DNA of 64,000 bases, from assembly GCA_963787125.1 (NCBI GenBank), contig CAWBBV010000001.1, positions 224,001 through 288,000 of the forward strand, read 5' to 3'. This DNA comes from an uncultured delta proteobacterium. GTDB taxonomy: Bacteria; Desulfobacterota; Desulfuromonadia; Geobacterales; DSM-12255. The translations under genes and the position numbers were made by a program. The notes beneath the pieces were generated by a model that worked only from the letters and a program-made list of their open reading frames with translations, made no database searches and had not been told where the DNA came from. Shown in pieces: positions 48,053 to 56,543 of the stretch (position 1 is its first letter; each line of letters opens with the position of its first letter).

Positions 48053-49077
48053 TGAATCAGCTGATTAAAAGCGTAACAATCCTCTTCACCACGCTGCTGC
48101 TTGCAACAGCAGCCGTCGCCGCGCCTGTCACCATCAAATTTGCCACCGTCGCCCCGGAGGGCTCCTCCTGGATGAACATCATGAAGGAGGCCGCGGCTGA
48201 CCTCAAAAAAACGACGGACGGGCGGGTTATTTTCAAGCTTTACGCCGGTGGAGTGGCCGGCGATGAGCCGGATGTCATCAAAAAAATCCGCATCGGCCAG
48301 TATCAAGGGGGGGGCTTTACCGGGGTCGGCCTGGGGGAGATCCTCCCTGAATCGCGGATTGTGGAGCTCCCGTTTCTGTTCCGCAATCTGCAGGAGTTCG
48401 ACCATGTCCAGAAAAAGCTGACTCCGCACTTCGAAGAGCGTTTCCGCGCCAAAGGCTACGAGTTTATCGCCTGGGCAGAGCCTGGGCTTGTTTACCTGAT
48501 GAGTCAGAAACCGATTCGCTCCGCCGCCGATCTCCAGGGGGTAAAAATGTGGGTCTGGGAAGGTGATCCCCTGGCTGACGCCCTTTTGAAGGCTTACAAG
48601 GTCGCCCCGGTGCCGATTGCCCTTCCCGATGTCCTCATGTCGCTCCAGACCGGCATGATCAATACAGTTTACGCCCCGCCGCTGGCAGCACTGGCGGTCC
48701 AGTGGCACACCCGGATCAAGTACCTGCTGGATGATCCCATCACCAACAGCACCGGTGCCGTTCTGGTCAGTAAAGCGGCCTGGGAGAAAATCGCCCCGGC
48801 CGATCAGAAAACCGCCAAAGAGGTGCTGCGCAAGCATTTTGCCAAACTCACCGCCGTTACCAGAAAGCAGAATCAGGAATCGATCGCCAAGTTCAAGCAG
48901 TTGGGGATAACCGTCCTCAAGGCCGACCCGAAGAGTCACGAAGAGATGGCGTCAATAGCTGTCGGCATCAGGAGTAGACTGGTGGGAAAACTCTATCCTG
49001 CCGAGCTGCTCAAAGAAGTGGAAGGGTATCTGGCTGAGCTGCGCAGCAGTGGAACAAAAGTAAAGGCCGGCAAGTAG
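48052..49077 (+). CDS. dctP: TRAP substrate-binding protein
   Basis: IKFATVAPEGS.W, YAGGVAGDE..V..K.R.GQ and SLQTG.I motifs. Confidence 0.93.
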   Translation: MNQLIKSVTILFTTLLLATAAVAAPVTIKFATVAPEGSSWMNIMKEAAADLKKTTDGRVIFKLYAGGVAGDEPDVIKKIRIGQYQGGGFTGVGLGEILPESRIVELPFLFRNLQEFDHVQKKLTPHFEERFRAKGYEFIAWAEPGLVYLMSQKPIRSAADLQGVKMWVWEGDPLADALLKAYKVAPVPIALPDVLMSLQTGMINTVYAPPLAALAVQWHTRIKYLLDDPITNSTGAVLVSKAAWEKIAPADQKTAKEVLRKHFAKLTAVTRKQNQESIAKFKQLGITVLKADPKSHEEMASIAVGIRSRLVGKLYPAELLKEVEGYLAELRSSGTKVKAGK

Positions 49078-49101
49078 GACAATTCCCATAAGGAGAATCC
49101 C

Positions 49102-49554
49102 ATGAAAACCGTAATCATCGCCCTGGTAACATGTTTCACCCTGACTGCAGCAACAATCTGCTTTGCCGCACAGGACAGCCTGCTCGGGGTCTGGACAACC
49201 GAAGAGGCCAAATCAAAGGTAGAGATTTTTAACTGCGAGAAGAAGATCTGCGCCAAAATCATCTCTCTCAAGGAGCCGCTCTACGTCGATGCGAAGGACG
49301 GCCCGGTCGGCACGGCCAAGACCGACCGGAACAACGCTGACAGCGCCCGCCAGAAGACTCCGATCATCGGCCTGCAGATCATGGCCGGTTTCACCCCTAA
49401 TGGAGAGAGCAGCTGGGGCAACGGCACCATCTACGATCCGGAAAACGGCAAGACCTACCAGTGCAAGCTCAAGCTGGACGGCCCGAATCGCCTCAATGTC
49501 CGCGGCTTCATCGGCATCTCCCTCCTGGGGCGCACCACAGTCTGGACGCGGTAA
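49102..49554 (+). CDS. DUF2147 family exported protein
   Basis: G.W.T....KVEI, G.IYDPENGKTY and VRGFIGISLLGRT.VW.R. Confidence 0.9.
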   Translation: MKTVIIALVTCFTLTAATICFAAQDSLLGVWTTEEAKSKVEIFNCEKKICAKIISLKEPLYVDAKDGPVGTAKTDRNNADSARQKTPIIGLQIMAGFTPNGESSWGNGTIYDPENGKTYQCKLKLDGPNRLNVRGFIGISLLGRTTVWTR

Positions 49555-49664
49555 GTGTCAGCCATGCCAATAACAGCAGCGGCGACAATAGCTTGACTTT
49601 ACTGCGCTAAAGCTGTTAGTGTCACTTTAGTACAGTCAAAAAACAAACAGATATCGCTCATGGC

Positions 49665-49690
49665 AAGCCCCGGATTTCCCGGGGCTTTTT
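49665..49690 (+). terminator. Terminator-like hairpin in the helicase leader
   Basis: AAGCCCCGG-ATTTC-CCGGGGCTT-TTT, downstream of TTGACT-18-TAGTGT (49593-49622). Confidence 0.7.
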
Positions 49691-49718
49691 GCGTTATTTC
49701 TGACAACGAAGGAGTTTC

Positions 49719-51059
49719 ATGGATTTCAAAAGTTTCGATTTTCACCCCTTGATCGCCGCCAGTGTGGACGCGGCAGGATACAGCACCCCCACACCTATTC
49801 AAGCACAGGCCATCCCGCCGGTCCTTCTGGGACAGGACGTCATGGGTCTGGCACAGACCGGCACCGGCAAGACCGCTGCCTTTGCCCTGCCGATCCTGCA
49901 GCGCCTCATGACCGGCCCCAAAGGGGTTGTCCGCGCCCTGATCGTCGCCCCGACCCGCGAGCTGGCCGAGCAGATTCATGAATCAATCAACTCTCTGGGC
50001 AAGAAAACCCACATCAGAAGCGTGACGATTTACGGCGGTGTCAACGTCAACCCCCAGATCAAGACGCTCAAGCAGGGGGTCGAAATAGTCGTCGCCTGCC
50101 CGGGGAGGCTCCTCGATCATATCGCCCAGGGGACCATCAACCTGTCCCGCCTGGAAGTGCTGGTATTGGACGAAGCTGACCAGATGTTCGACATGGGTTT
50201 TCTGCCAGACATCCGGCGGATACTCAAACAGATTCCGGCCAAACGGCAGACTCTCCTCTTCTCGGCCACCATGCCGCCCGATATCCGCTCCCTGGCCCAG
50301 GATATCCTCTCCAACCCGGTAACGGTGCAGGTGAGTAACCTGGCGCCGCCGGTAACGGTTGCCCACGCCCTCTATCCGGTAGCGCAGCATCTCAAGACCG
50401 GCCTGTTGCTGCAGCTGCTGCAGCACACCGATACCGATTCAGTCCTGATCTTTACCCGCACCAAACACCGCGCCAAAAGGCTCGGTGAGCAGCTGGAAAA
50501 AGCCGGCTACAAAGCGGCATCACTCCAGGGGAACCTGTCACAGAACCGCCGTCAGCAGGCGCTGGACGGCTTCCGCGACGGCACTTACCAGATTCTGGTG
50601 GCGACCGATATCGCCGCCCGCGGCATTGACGTCTCCCAGATTTCCCACGTGGTCAACTACGACATTCCGGACACACCGGAAGCTTATGTGCACCGGATCG
50701 GCCGGACCGGCCGGGCGGCAAAGAGCGGCGACGCCTTTACCCTGATAACCTCCGAAGATGCCCTCATGGTGCGCACCATCGAAAAGAAACTGGGAACGAC
50801 TCTGGAGCGGCGGACCCTGGCGGATTTTGATTACACCGTGCCGGCGCCCCACAAAGAGGTGGAATTCGCCCGCCCACCCCGCGAGCCCCATCACACCCGC
50901 CGGCCGGCTGCCGGTGCAAAGAGCGGCGGCGAGAAAAAACCCGCCAGGCCACAGCCGTCCGGCAATGCTCATCCTGTCCAGCCGAAAGCGGCCGCAGCCG
51001 CCAATAAAGCCGGCTTCACCCCGTCACGCCGTGGCCCGGTGCGACCGTCAGGCAGGTAA
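49719..51059 (+). CDS. rhlE: DEAD-box RNA helicase, RhlE-like
   Basis: Q motif, AQTGTGKT, PTRELA, DEAD, SAT and HRIGRTGR. Basic C-terminal tail. Confidence 0.93.
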   Translation: MDFKSFDFHPLIAASVDAAGYSTPTPIQAQAIPPVLLGQDVMGLAQTGTGKTAAFALPILQRLMTGPKGVVRALIVAPTRELAEQIHESINSLGKKTHIRSVTIYGGVNVNPQIKTLKQGVEIVVACPGRLLDHIAQGTINLSRLEVLVLDEADQMFDMGFLPDIRRILKQIPAKRQTLLFSATMPPDIRSLAQDILSNPVTVQVSNLAPPVTVAHALYPVAQHLKTGLLLQLLQHTDTDSVLIFTRTKHRAKRLGEQLEKAGYKAASLQGNLSQNRRQQALDGFRDGTYQILVATDIAARGIDVSQISHVVNYDIPDTPEAYVHRIGRTGRAAKSGDAFTLITSEDALMVRTIEKKLGTTLERRTLADFDYTVPAPHKEVEFARPPREPHHTRRPAAGAKSGGEKKPARPQPSGNAHPVQPKAAAAANKAGFTPSRRGPVRPSGR

Positions 51060-51105
51060 GTTCGATCTTTTCACTGCCATAATCGGCTGACATTTCAGCA
51101 ACAGT

Positions 51106-51133
51106 AAAGGCGGCCGCAAGGTCGCCTTTTTTT
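51106..51133 (+). terminator. Intrinsic terminator
   Basis: AAAGGCGGCC-GCAA-GGTCGCC followed by T7. Confidence 0.9.
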
Positions 51134-51216
51134 GTCTGCATTGGTCTCGGTTACGATTTTTGACAGCCTGCCAATGAACAAAGCCCCCGAAGGGGGCAGT
51201 AATACTAAAATGCGAT

Positions 51217-51288
51217 TTCCAACAAGACCGTCGGACGCCTACCGGGCTAAAAAGTCGCCCGGACGGGTCAACGGCCGAGCCGTTGGAC
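51217..51288 (+). other. attC-like imperfect palindrome
   Basis: TTCCAAC...CCGT..GAC...CCGGGC-loop-GCCCGG...GTCAACGG...GTTGGAC, 72 bp. Confidence 0.5.
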
Positions 51289-51376
51289 GACAAAATCATG
51301 AATCTGAGTACTTGTATTGATCGTTTTATTGGTCTATATTTTGACTATAATAAGATCTATATAGGGAGCACTAAAA

Positions 51377-51667
51377 ATGAGAGCAATTTCAATCAGTAAT
51401 GACATTGTCCCAATTGCTGAATTTAAAACCAATATTTCCAAGTGGTTTAAAATACTTCAGACATCCAGACATCCGCTTATTATTACCCAAAACAGCAAAC
51501 CTGCAGGAGTTCTATTGTCCGCTGCAGATTATGACGAACTGGTGTACCGAAAATCATTTCTCGATTCCATTGAGAGGGGAATTTCAGACACAGAAAATGG
51601 GCAGACCCAAACGACTGACGAACTACGGAAATCTCTACAAGCACGAAGAAGTGTGGGAAACCCATGA
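51377..51667 (+). CDS. Phd/YefM-family antitoxin
   Basis: DIVPI.EFK...PLIITQN.KPAGVLL motif. Overlaps the toxin start. Confidence 0.92.
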   Translation: MRAISISNDIVPIAEFKTNISKWFKILQTSRHPLIITQNSKPAGVLLSAADYDELVYRKSFLDSIERGISDTENGQTQTTDELRKSLQARRSVGNP

Positions 51668-51963
51668 GCGTAACGTGGTCGCGGGAAGCTGGCGAAAATC
51701 TGGTCGATATAGAGGAATTCATTGCACGTGACAGTGTGGAGCGTGCTGGCCGGTTTGTCGACACCCTGATTGATCATGCAGAGGCAATTTTATCTGATAA
51801 CCCGAGAAGCGGGAGGACAGTACCGGAAATAGGCAATTCTGACATTAGAGAGCTCATTTACCGAGGATATCGCATTGTCTACCGGTTGAATGGTGATCGG
51901 ATTGAAATACTTACCGTTTTTGAAGGGCATCGGCTATTGCGGCTCAATGAATCAGCCGATTAA
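51664..51963 (+). CDS. RelE/ParE-family toxin
   Basis: WS..A...L..I..FIA.D, P.SGR.VPE and RELI...YRIVY motifs. Confidence 0.92.
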   Translation: MSVTWSREAGENLVDIEEFIARDSVERAGRFVDTLIDHAEAILSDNPRSGRTVPEIGNSDIRELIYRGYRIVYRLNGDRIEILTVFEGHRLLRLNESAD

Positions 51964-52163
51964 GAAATGATGAGTGCAGACACGAAAGATGAGGGGCTAT
52001 TTTTGAAAATATTCAGGAAACAGCCTTTCCTTTTATTTACACACAAAGGAAGTGTCCAACAGGTGGTGCGGTGAAGCCCGCACACCCTCAGCCACGTTCA
52101 GCGCCAAGAATGTCATGTCTCCTTTTAGAATTTTATCAACCAGGTCGTTAAATGGAGGACGAG

Positions 52164-52691
52164 ATGAAGATCAGTGTCTTTGTAGTCATATTGTTGGCCT
52201 TGAGCATTTCGGCCTTGGCCGACGACAGCAATTTCAGCAAGCACTTGTTTCCTAAATTCCAGGCCAAGGGGTGTACAACTTGCCATGACTTCTTCGAAAA
52301 GGACCGCGGGGGACTCGCCTTCAACAGCCATAAGGGACGTTCTGCGGATATGTGTGTGCATTGCCATACGCAGGGAATAACCGGTTTCAAGCATGCAGAT
52401 GATTGGTTCGCTCAACCGGATCTTTACACTTCGGGGATGGATTCACAACAAACGTGCGAGACCACAAAAACAGCACTTCATGCAAAGTTCAAAAACAATG
52501 AAATGGTGGCAAGACAGTTGGAACTTCATCTCTTTGAAGACCCTCGTGTACTGTGGGGTATCGAAGGCGCCACTCCCAAAAGCGGCACGCTGCCCGGCGG
52601 CGGGAAAGAAAAAGATTTGGTGAAAGAAGGCCTGCCGAAATGGAAGGATCAAGTCAGGGCCTGGATACAGGGGGGGATGAAGTGCGAATAG
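52164..52691 (+). CDS. Periplasmic diheme c-type cytochrome
   Basis: Signal peptide, CTTCH and CVHCH. GGAGG RBS before ATG at 52164. Confidence 0.8.
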   Translation: MKISVFVVILLALSISALADDSNFSKHLFPKFQAKGCTTCHDFFEKDRGGLAFNSHKGRSADMCVHCHTQGITGFKHADDWFAQPDLYTSGMDSQQTCETTKTALHAKFKNNEMVARQLELHLFEDPRVLWGIEGATPKSGTLPGGGKEKDLVKEGLPKWKDQVRAWIQGGMKCE

Positions 52692-52862
52692 AGGACATCA
52701 AAAGCAGATGTTTTGGTTTAGGCATGGACCTATTACAGAGAATGGCCGAACACCCGGTTCCACTGGAGCGCGGAGTAAGGTAAAGAAGTCGCGTCGACAT
52801 TCTTCATTTATGCAATATGCAGGTGAGATCCATTGGGCCATTACGGATTGAAGAAGGCGTGA

Positions 52863-53327
52863 GTGACAACCATAAAGCTTAAAGTAACCACAGCTGTTAT
52901 CGGGACGTTACTCCTTACCGGCTGCGCCGGCAAGCATCTGTCCGTGGCTGATGGCGGCAAATTGTCGTTGGAAGGTTGTACTCCGCTACCGAACTGCGTT
53001 TCCAGCTCGACCTGGATTTTTTATAACGCCACCGAGCCGTTTGAGCTGATAATGCCGGCGAAAGACGCCTGGCCGCTAATCAAAGCAGTTGTGGCAAACA
53101 TGCCGCGCACTGAAATAGTCGAGCAAGACGACGTTTACCTTCATGCCAAATGCACCAGTCTGGTATTCAGATTTGTCGACAACCTGGAGCTGTTGCTGCA
53201 TCCGGAGCAAAAGAGCATTTCTGTTCGCTCATCTTCAACGTTTGCAATCTTTGATTTCGGTGCCAATCACTGGCGAATTCATAAGTTGCGGTCAGAGCTG
53301 GAGGGAATGAAGCTCATCAAGCAATGA
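52863..53327 (+). CDS. DUF1499 family lipoprotein
   Basis: Lipobox LTGC. C...PNCVSS, F.FVD.LE and D.G.N..RI motifs. Confidence 0.85.
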   Translation: MTTIKLKVTTAVIGTLLLTGCAGKHLSVADGGKLSLEGCTPLPNCVSSSTWIFYNATEPFELIMPAKDAWPLIKAVVANMPRTEIVEQDDVYLHAKCTSLVFRFVDNLELLLHPEQKSISVRSSSTFAIFDFGANHWRIHKLRSELEGMKLIKQ

Positions 53328-53367
53328 AGAACTAAGGCTGAGTTATCATTTTTTCTCAAACCATGGT

Positions 53368-54996
53368 TCAGGCGATTTCCCCGTGAACCTTCTGCATGTA
53401 GTAACTATAGTCACCCTGATAGACCCGCATCTCGCCATGATCTATCTCTATAACGCGATCCACGAGAGAACGGAGAAAGTGGCGGTCGTGACTGACAAGC
53501 ACGACGGTGCCGGTGAAGTTTTTCAGGGTCTCCAGCAGGATCTCCCGCGACTTGATGTCCAGGTGGTTGGTCGGTTCATCAAGGATCAGAAAATTGACCG
53601 GTCTGGCCAGGAGCGTTGCCAGCACCACCCGGCTCTTCTCGCCACCGGAAAGATTCTCGATCCGCTTCTCCACATCGTCTCCGGAAAAGAGGAACGCACC
53701 GAGAAGATTTCTGATGACGCCGATATTAGCCCGCGGGATTACATCCTGAACGGTTTCGAAGACGGTCTTTTTGGGATCCAGCACCTCCATGGCGTGCTGA
53801 CTGAAATAGCCCAGCTCCACGTTTGCCCCGAGAGAAACTGTGCCACCGGTCGGCTCGGTCTGCGCCGCCATAACTTTCAGAAAGGTCGACTTGCCGGCGC
53901 CATTCACCCCGACAACAGCAATCTTCTCCTCACGGCGGATAATACCGGAAATGCCGCTGAAAACCTGCTTTTCAAGGCCGTCCGGTGTCTGCCAGCTCTT
54001 TGCCAGCTCCTCCATAATGACCACATTGTCACCGCTGCGGGGCGGCTCGCTGAAGCAGAAGCGAACGGTACGCTCTTCGGCCGGAATTTCGATCCGGTCG
54101 ATCTTTTCCAGCTTCTTCACCCGTGACTGTACCTGGGCCGCATGGGAGGCCCGGGCTGCAAAACGGGCAATGAACTCCTCTTCCTTGGCGAGCATATCCT
54201 GCTGGCGCTTATGACTGGCGATGAGCTGCTCGAAACGGATATCCCGCTCCTTTTCATAAAAGTCGTAATTGCCGCCGTAGGTCGTAACAGTCCGGTTGCT
54301 CACCTCGACAATACGGGTAACGATCCGGTTCATGAAGTCCCGGTCGTGACTGGTCATCAGCAGCGCCCCGCCGAATTCTGTTGCCAGCCACTCCTCCAGC
54401 CAGATGATCGACTCAACATCCAGGTGGTTGGTCGGCTCGTCCAAAAGGAGCACGTCGGGGTGGAGGGTGAGAATCTTGGCCAGGCCGATACGCATCTTCC
54501 AGCCGCCGCTGAACGATTCTACCGGGTGATTGAAGCGGTCCGGGCCGATGCCGAGGCCGGTGAGGACCGTCTGGGCACGGGTGTCAAGATCATAGCCGCC
54601 GCGATGCTCGAACTCTTCCTGGGCACTGCCGTAGCGCTCCAGGAGGGCCGCCATAGCATCGTCCTCCATCGGCTCGCACATGGCGCTCTCCATGCTTTTC
54701 AGCTCTTCTGCCAGCTGCATCGTCATGGCTGAACCGGCCATGACCTCTTCCAGGGCGGTCCTGCCTGCCATGTCGCCGATATCCTGGGAAAAGTAGCCGA
54801 TGGTGGTCTTTTTGGCAGAGGTTATTTCGCCGCTGTCAACCTCCTCCTCACCGGTAATGATCCTGAAGATGGTTGTCTTGCCTGCCCCGTTCGGGCCGAC
54901 CAGACCGGTTCTGGAGCCGGGAAGGATCTGAAAACTGGCGTCTTTGAAAAGTATCTGGGAACCGTGCTGCTTGTTGATGTTGGAAAGATGAATCAT
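53368..54996 (-). CDS. ABC-F family ribosome-associated ATPase
   Basis: Two ABC domains (GPNGAGKT/FSGGW, GVNGAGKS/LSGGE), LDEPTNHLD twice, no TM segments. Confidence 0.95.
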   Translation of the reverse strand: MIHLSNINKQHGSQILFKDASFQILPGSRTGLVGPNGAGKTTIFRIITGEEEVDSGEITSAKKTTIGYFSQDIGDMAGRTALEEVMAGSAMTMQLAEELKSMESAMCEPMEDDAMAALLERYGSAQEEFEHRGGYDLDTRAQTVLTGLGIGPDRFNHPVESFSGGWKMRIGLAKILTLHPDVLLLDEPTNHLDVESIIWLEEWLATEFGGALLMTSHDRDFMNRIVTRIVEVSNRTVTTYGGNYDFYEKERDIRFEQLIASHKRQQDMLAKEEEFIARFAARASHAAQVQSRVKKLEKIDRIEIPAEERTVRFCFSEPPRSGDNVVIMEELAKSWQTPDGLEKQVFSGISGIIRREEKIAVVGVNGAGKSTFLKVMAAQTEPTGGTVSLGANVELGYFSQHAMEVLDPKKTVFETVQDVIPRANIGVIRNLLGAFLFSGDDVEKRIENLSGGEKSRVVLATLLARPVNFLILDEPTNHLDIKSREILLETLKNFTGTVVLVSHDRHFLRSLVDRVIEIDHGEMRVYQGDYSYYMQKVHGEIA

Positions 54997-55020
54997 GGCT
55001 ACTCCGTTAAAAATGCAAAT

Positions 55021-55048
55021 AAAAAACCACAGAGGCTGGCTCTGTGGT
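55021..55048 (-). terminator. Terminator-like hairpin upstream of the ABC-F gene
   Basis: ACCACAGAG-GCTGG-CTCTGTGGT with an A-run on + (U-run on minus). Confidence 0.7.
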
Positions 55049-55159
55049 CTGGTAGGTACAAAAAATATCACTTTTTGATTAATTGTGGCAAGTCCTAAAT
55101 CAGACAGTCCTAAATCAGAAAAGTTGTCCGCACTCCGGCGGCAAAGAACGTATCAGGAA

Positions 55160-56008
55160 TCAGTCCTTAGCGGACGCAAGCCGGATCTCTTCCTCGCTCA
55201 GCTTGATCAGACCATCCTTATACAGCCCCCCCACCGCCTTTTTAAAGGTCTTCTTGCTCATCCCCAGGATCCGCTGGATGACCGCCGGAGAGCTTTTGTC
55301 ATGGAGCGGCAGCAGACCGCCATTGGCCGCCAGCACCTTGAGAAGAACCTCCCGCGCATCCGACACCCCTTCTGCCCCTACCCTGCGGAGGGTGACGTCA
55401 AGCTTGCCGTCTTCGCGCAGACGCTTTACGTAGCCGGGAATTTCCATGCCGGTGAAACTGCCGACCGGCAGTTCGTCCTGATAGAGGAGGGCGGGGTAAC
55501 GGTTATTGACGATAACCTTGGCACCGAGATCGGTGAGCTGCCAGATGATCAGCTCTACCGGGTCACCCTCATCGAGATCGGGGCGGCCGTGGTCAAGACA
55601 GTCATCGATACGGCCATTGGCAAACGGCCGGCCCTGCTCATCGACGGATATTTTGACCAGATAACTCCAGTTAAGCTGCATCCGCTCCGGCTGGAGACTG
55701 AGCGGCACCAGCAGATCTTTTGCCAGGCCCCAGTCCAGGTAGGCGCCATGGGCCGTGATCGACTTTACCTTCAGGGTCGCAAATTCTCCGGACTGAGCCA
55801 GAGGCGGACGGCGTGTGGCTTGCAGTTCACCCGGAATAACCTGATAGAGAAACACTTCCAGTTGCTCGCCGGGGGCGGCATGAGGCGCTTCCCGCAGGGG
55901 CAGGTGCGCCAGAAGCTCGCCGGCATCAAGCCAGACCCCTTTCTTGTCAATCCTGGCAACTGTCAGGGTGTGCAGGCGACAAAGTTCCAGCTGTTCACTA
56001 TTCTCCAT
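55160..56008 (-). CDS. cvfB: CvfB/YitL S1 RNA-binding protein
   Basis: GAYLDWGL.KDLLVP, R.DGK.D..L and DKSSP..I....GMSKK.FKKA.G.LYK. Confidence 0.9.
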   Translation of the reverse strand: MENSEQLELCRLHTLTVARIDKKGVWLDAGELLAHLPLREAPHAAPGEQLEVFLYQVIPGELQATRRPPLAQSGEFATLKVKSITAHGAYLDWGLAKDLLVPLSLQPERMQLNWSYLVKISVDEQGRPFANGRIDDCLDHGRPDLDEGDPVELIIWQLTDLGAKVIVNNRYPALLYQDELPVGSFTGMEIPGYVKRLREDGKLDVTLRRVGAEGVSDAREVLLKVLAANGGLLPLHDKSSPAVIQRILGMSKKTFKKAVGGLYKDGLIKLSEEEIRLASAKD

Positions 56009-56177
56009 GTGCTACTCCCTTATATAAATTACGCTTTTTTTCGAAAAACAGCTCTGCACTGCCGGTACGCTATTAACTTCACGCACTCACTCCGGATATT
56101 TCAGCACTGATCACGCATAGTAAGACCAATCGCGTTTCATGTCTACTTATCTGGTGTTAATGTCAGCAAGCAGAAAC

Positions 56178-56209
56178 AAAAAAAATGCGCAACCACGGAT
56201 AGTTGCGCA
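56178..56209 (-). terminator. Probable terminator after the efflux operon
   Basis: TGCGCAAC-CACGGATA-GTTGCGCA preceded by an A-run on +. Confidence 0.6.
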
Positions 56210-56543
56210 CCAAGTTTATACTTTACTGCCAGGTTCGACTAGAACGGGAAAGTTCCATAACGAGTGTAAAGACAACTAAAACAATTATTATTACAGGAAG
56301 ATAGCTTTAAAAACCTGTAAAACTCGCTGTTTTGTAAATTCAACACTGCCTTATCCTCGAACTTTTCCCTTGTCTTTACAGAAGTTAGTTGTACTTTCTG
56401 GTATGTTTTGCCTAACTTATTAACGTAAAAGTGCTTTTTCGTACAAAAACCAAATGCGGGATGACTATTGAAGCACTGGCAGCTTGTCAATTACTCCTGC
56501 ACAAAACAACTATCAATTACCAGCAAGATGTTCTCCAGAGAAT

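Noticed and set aside
55085..56110. 341-aa plus-strand ORF and other long antisense ORFs (e.g. 670-1605, 1878-2957, 31570-32490, 48049-48939)
   Set aside because: They lie opposite well-supported genes and show no recognisable motifs.
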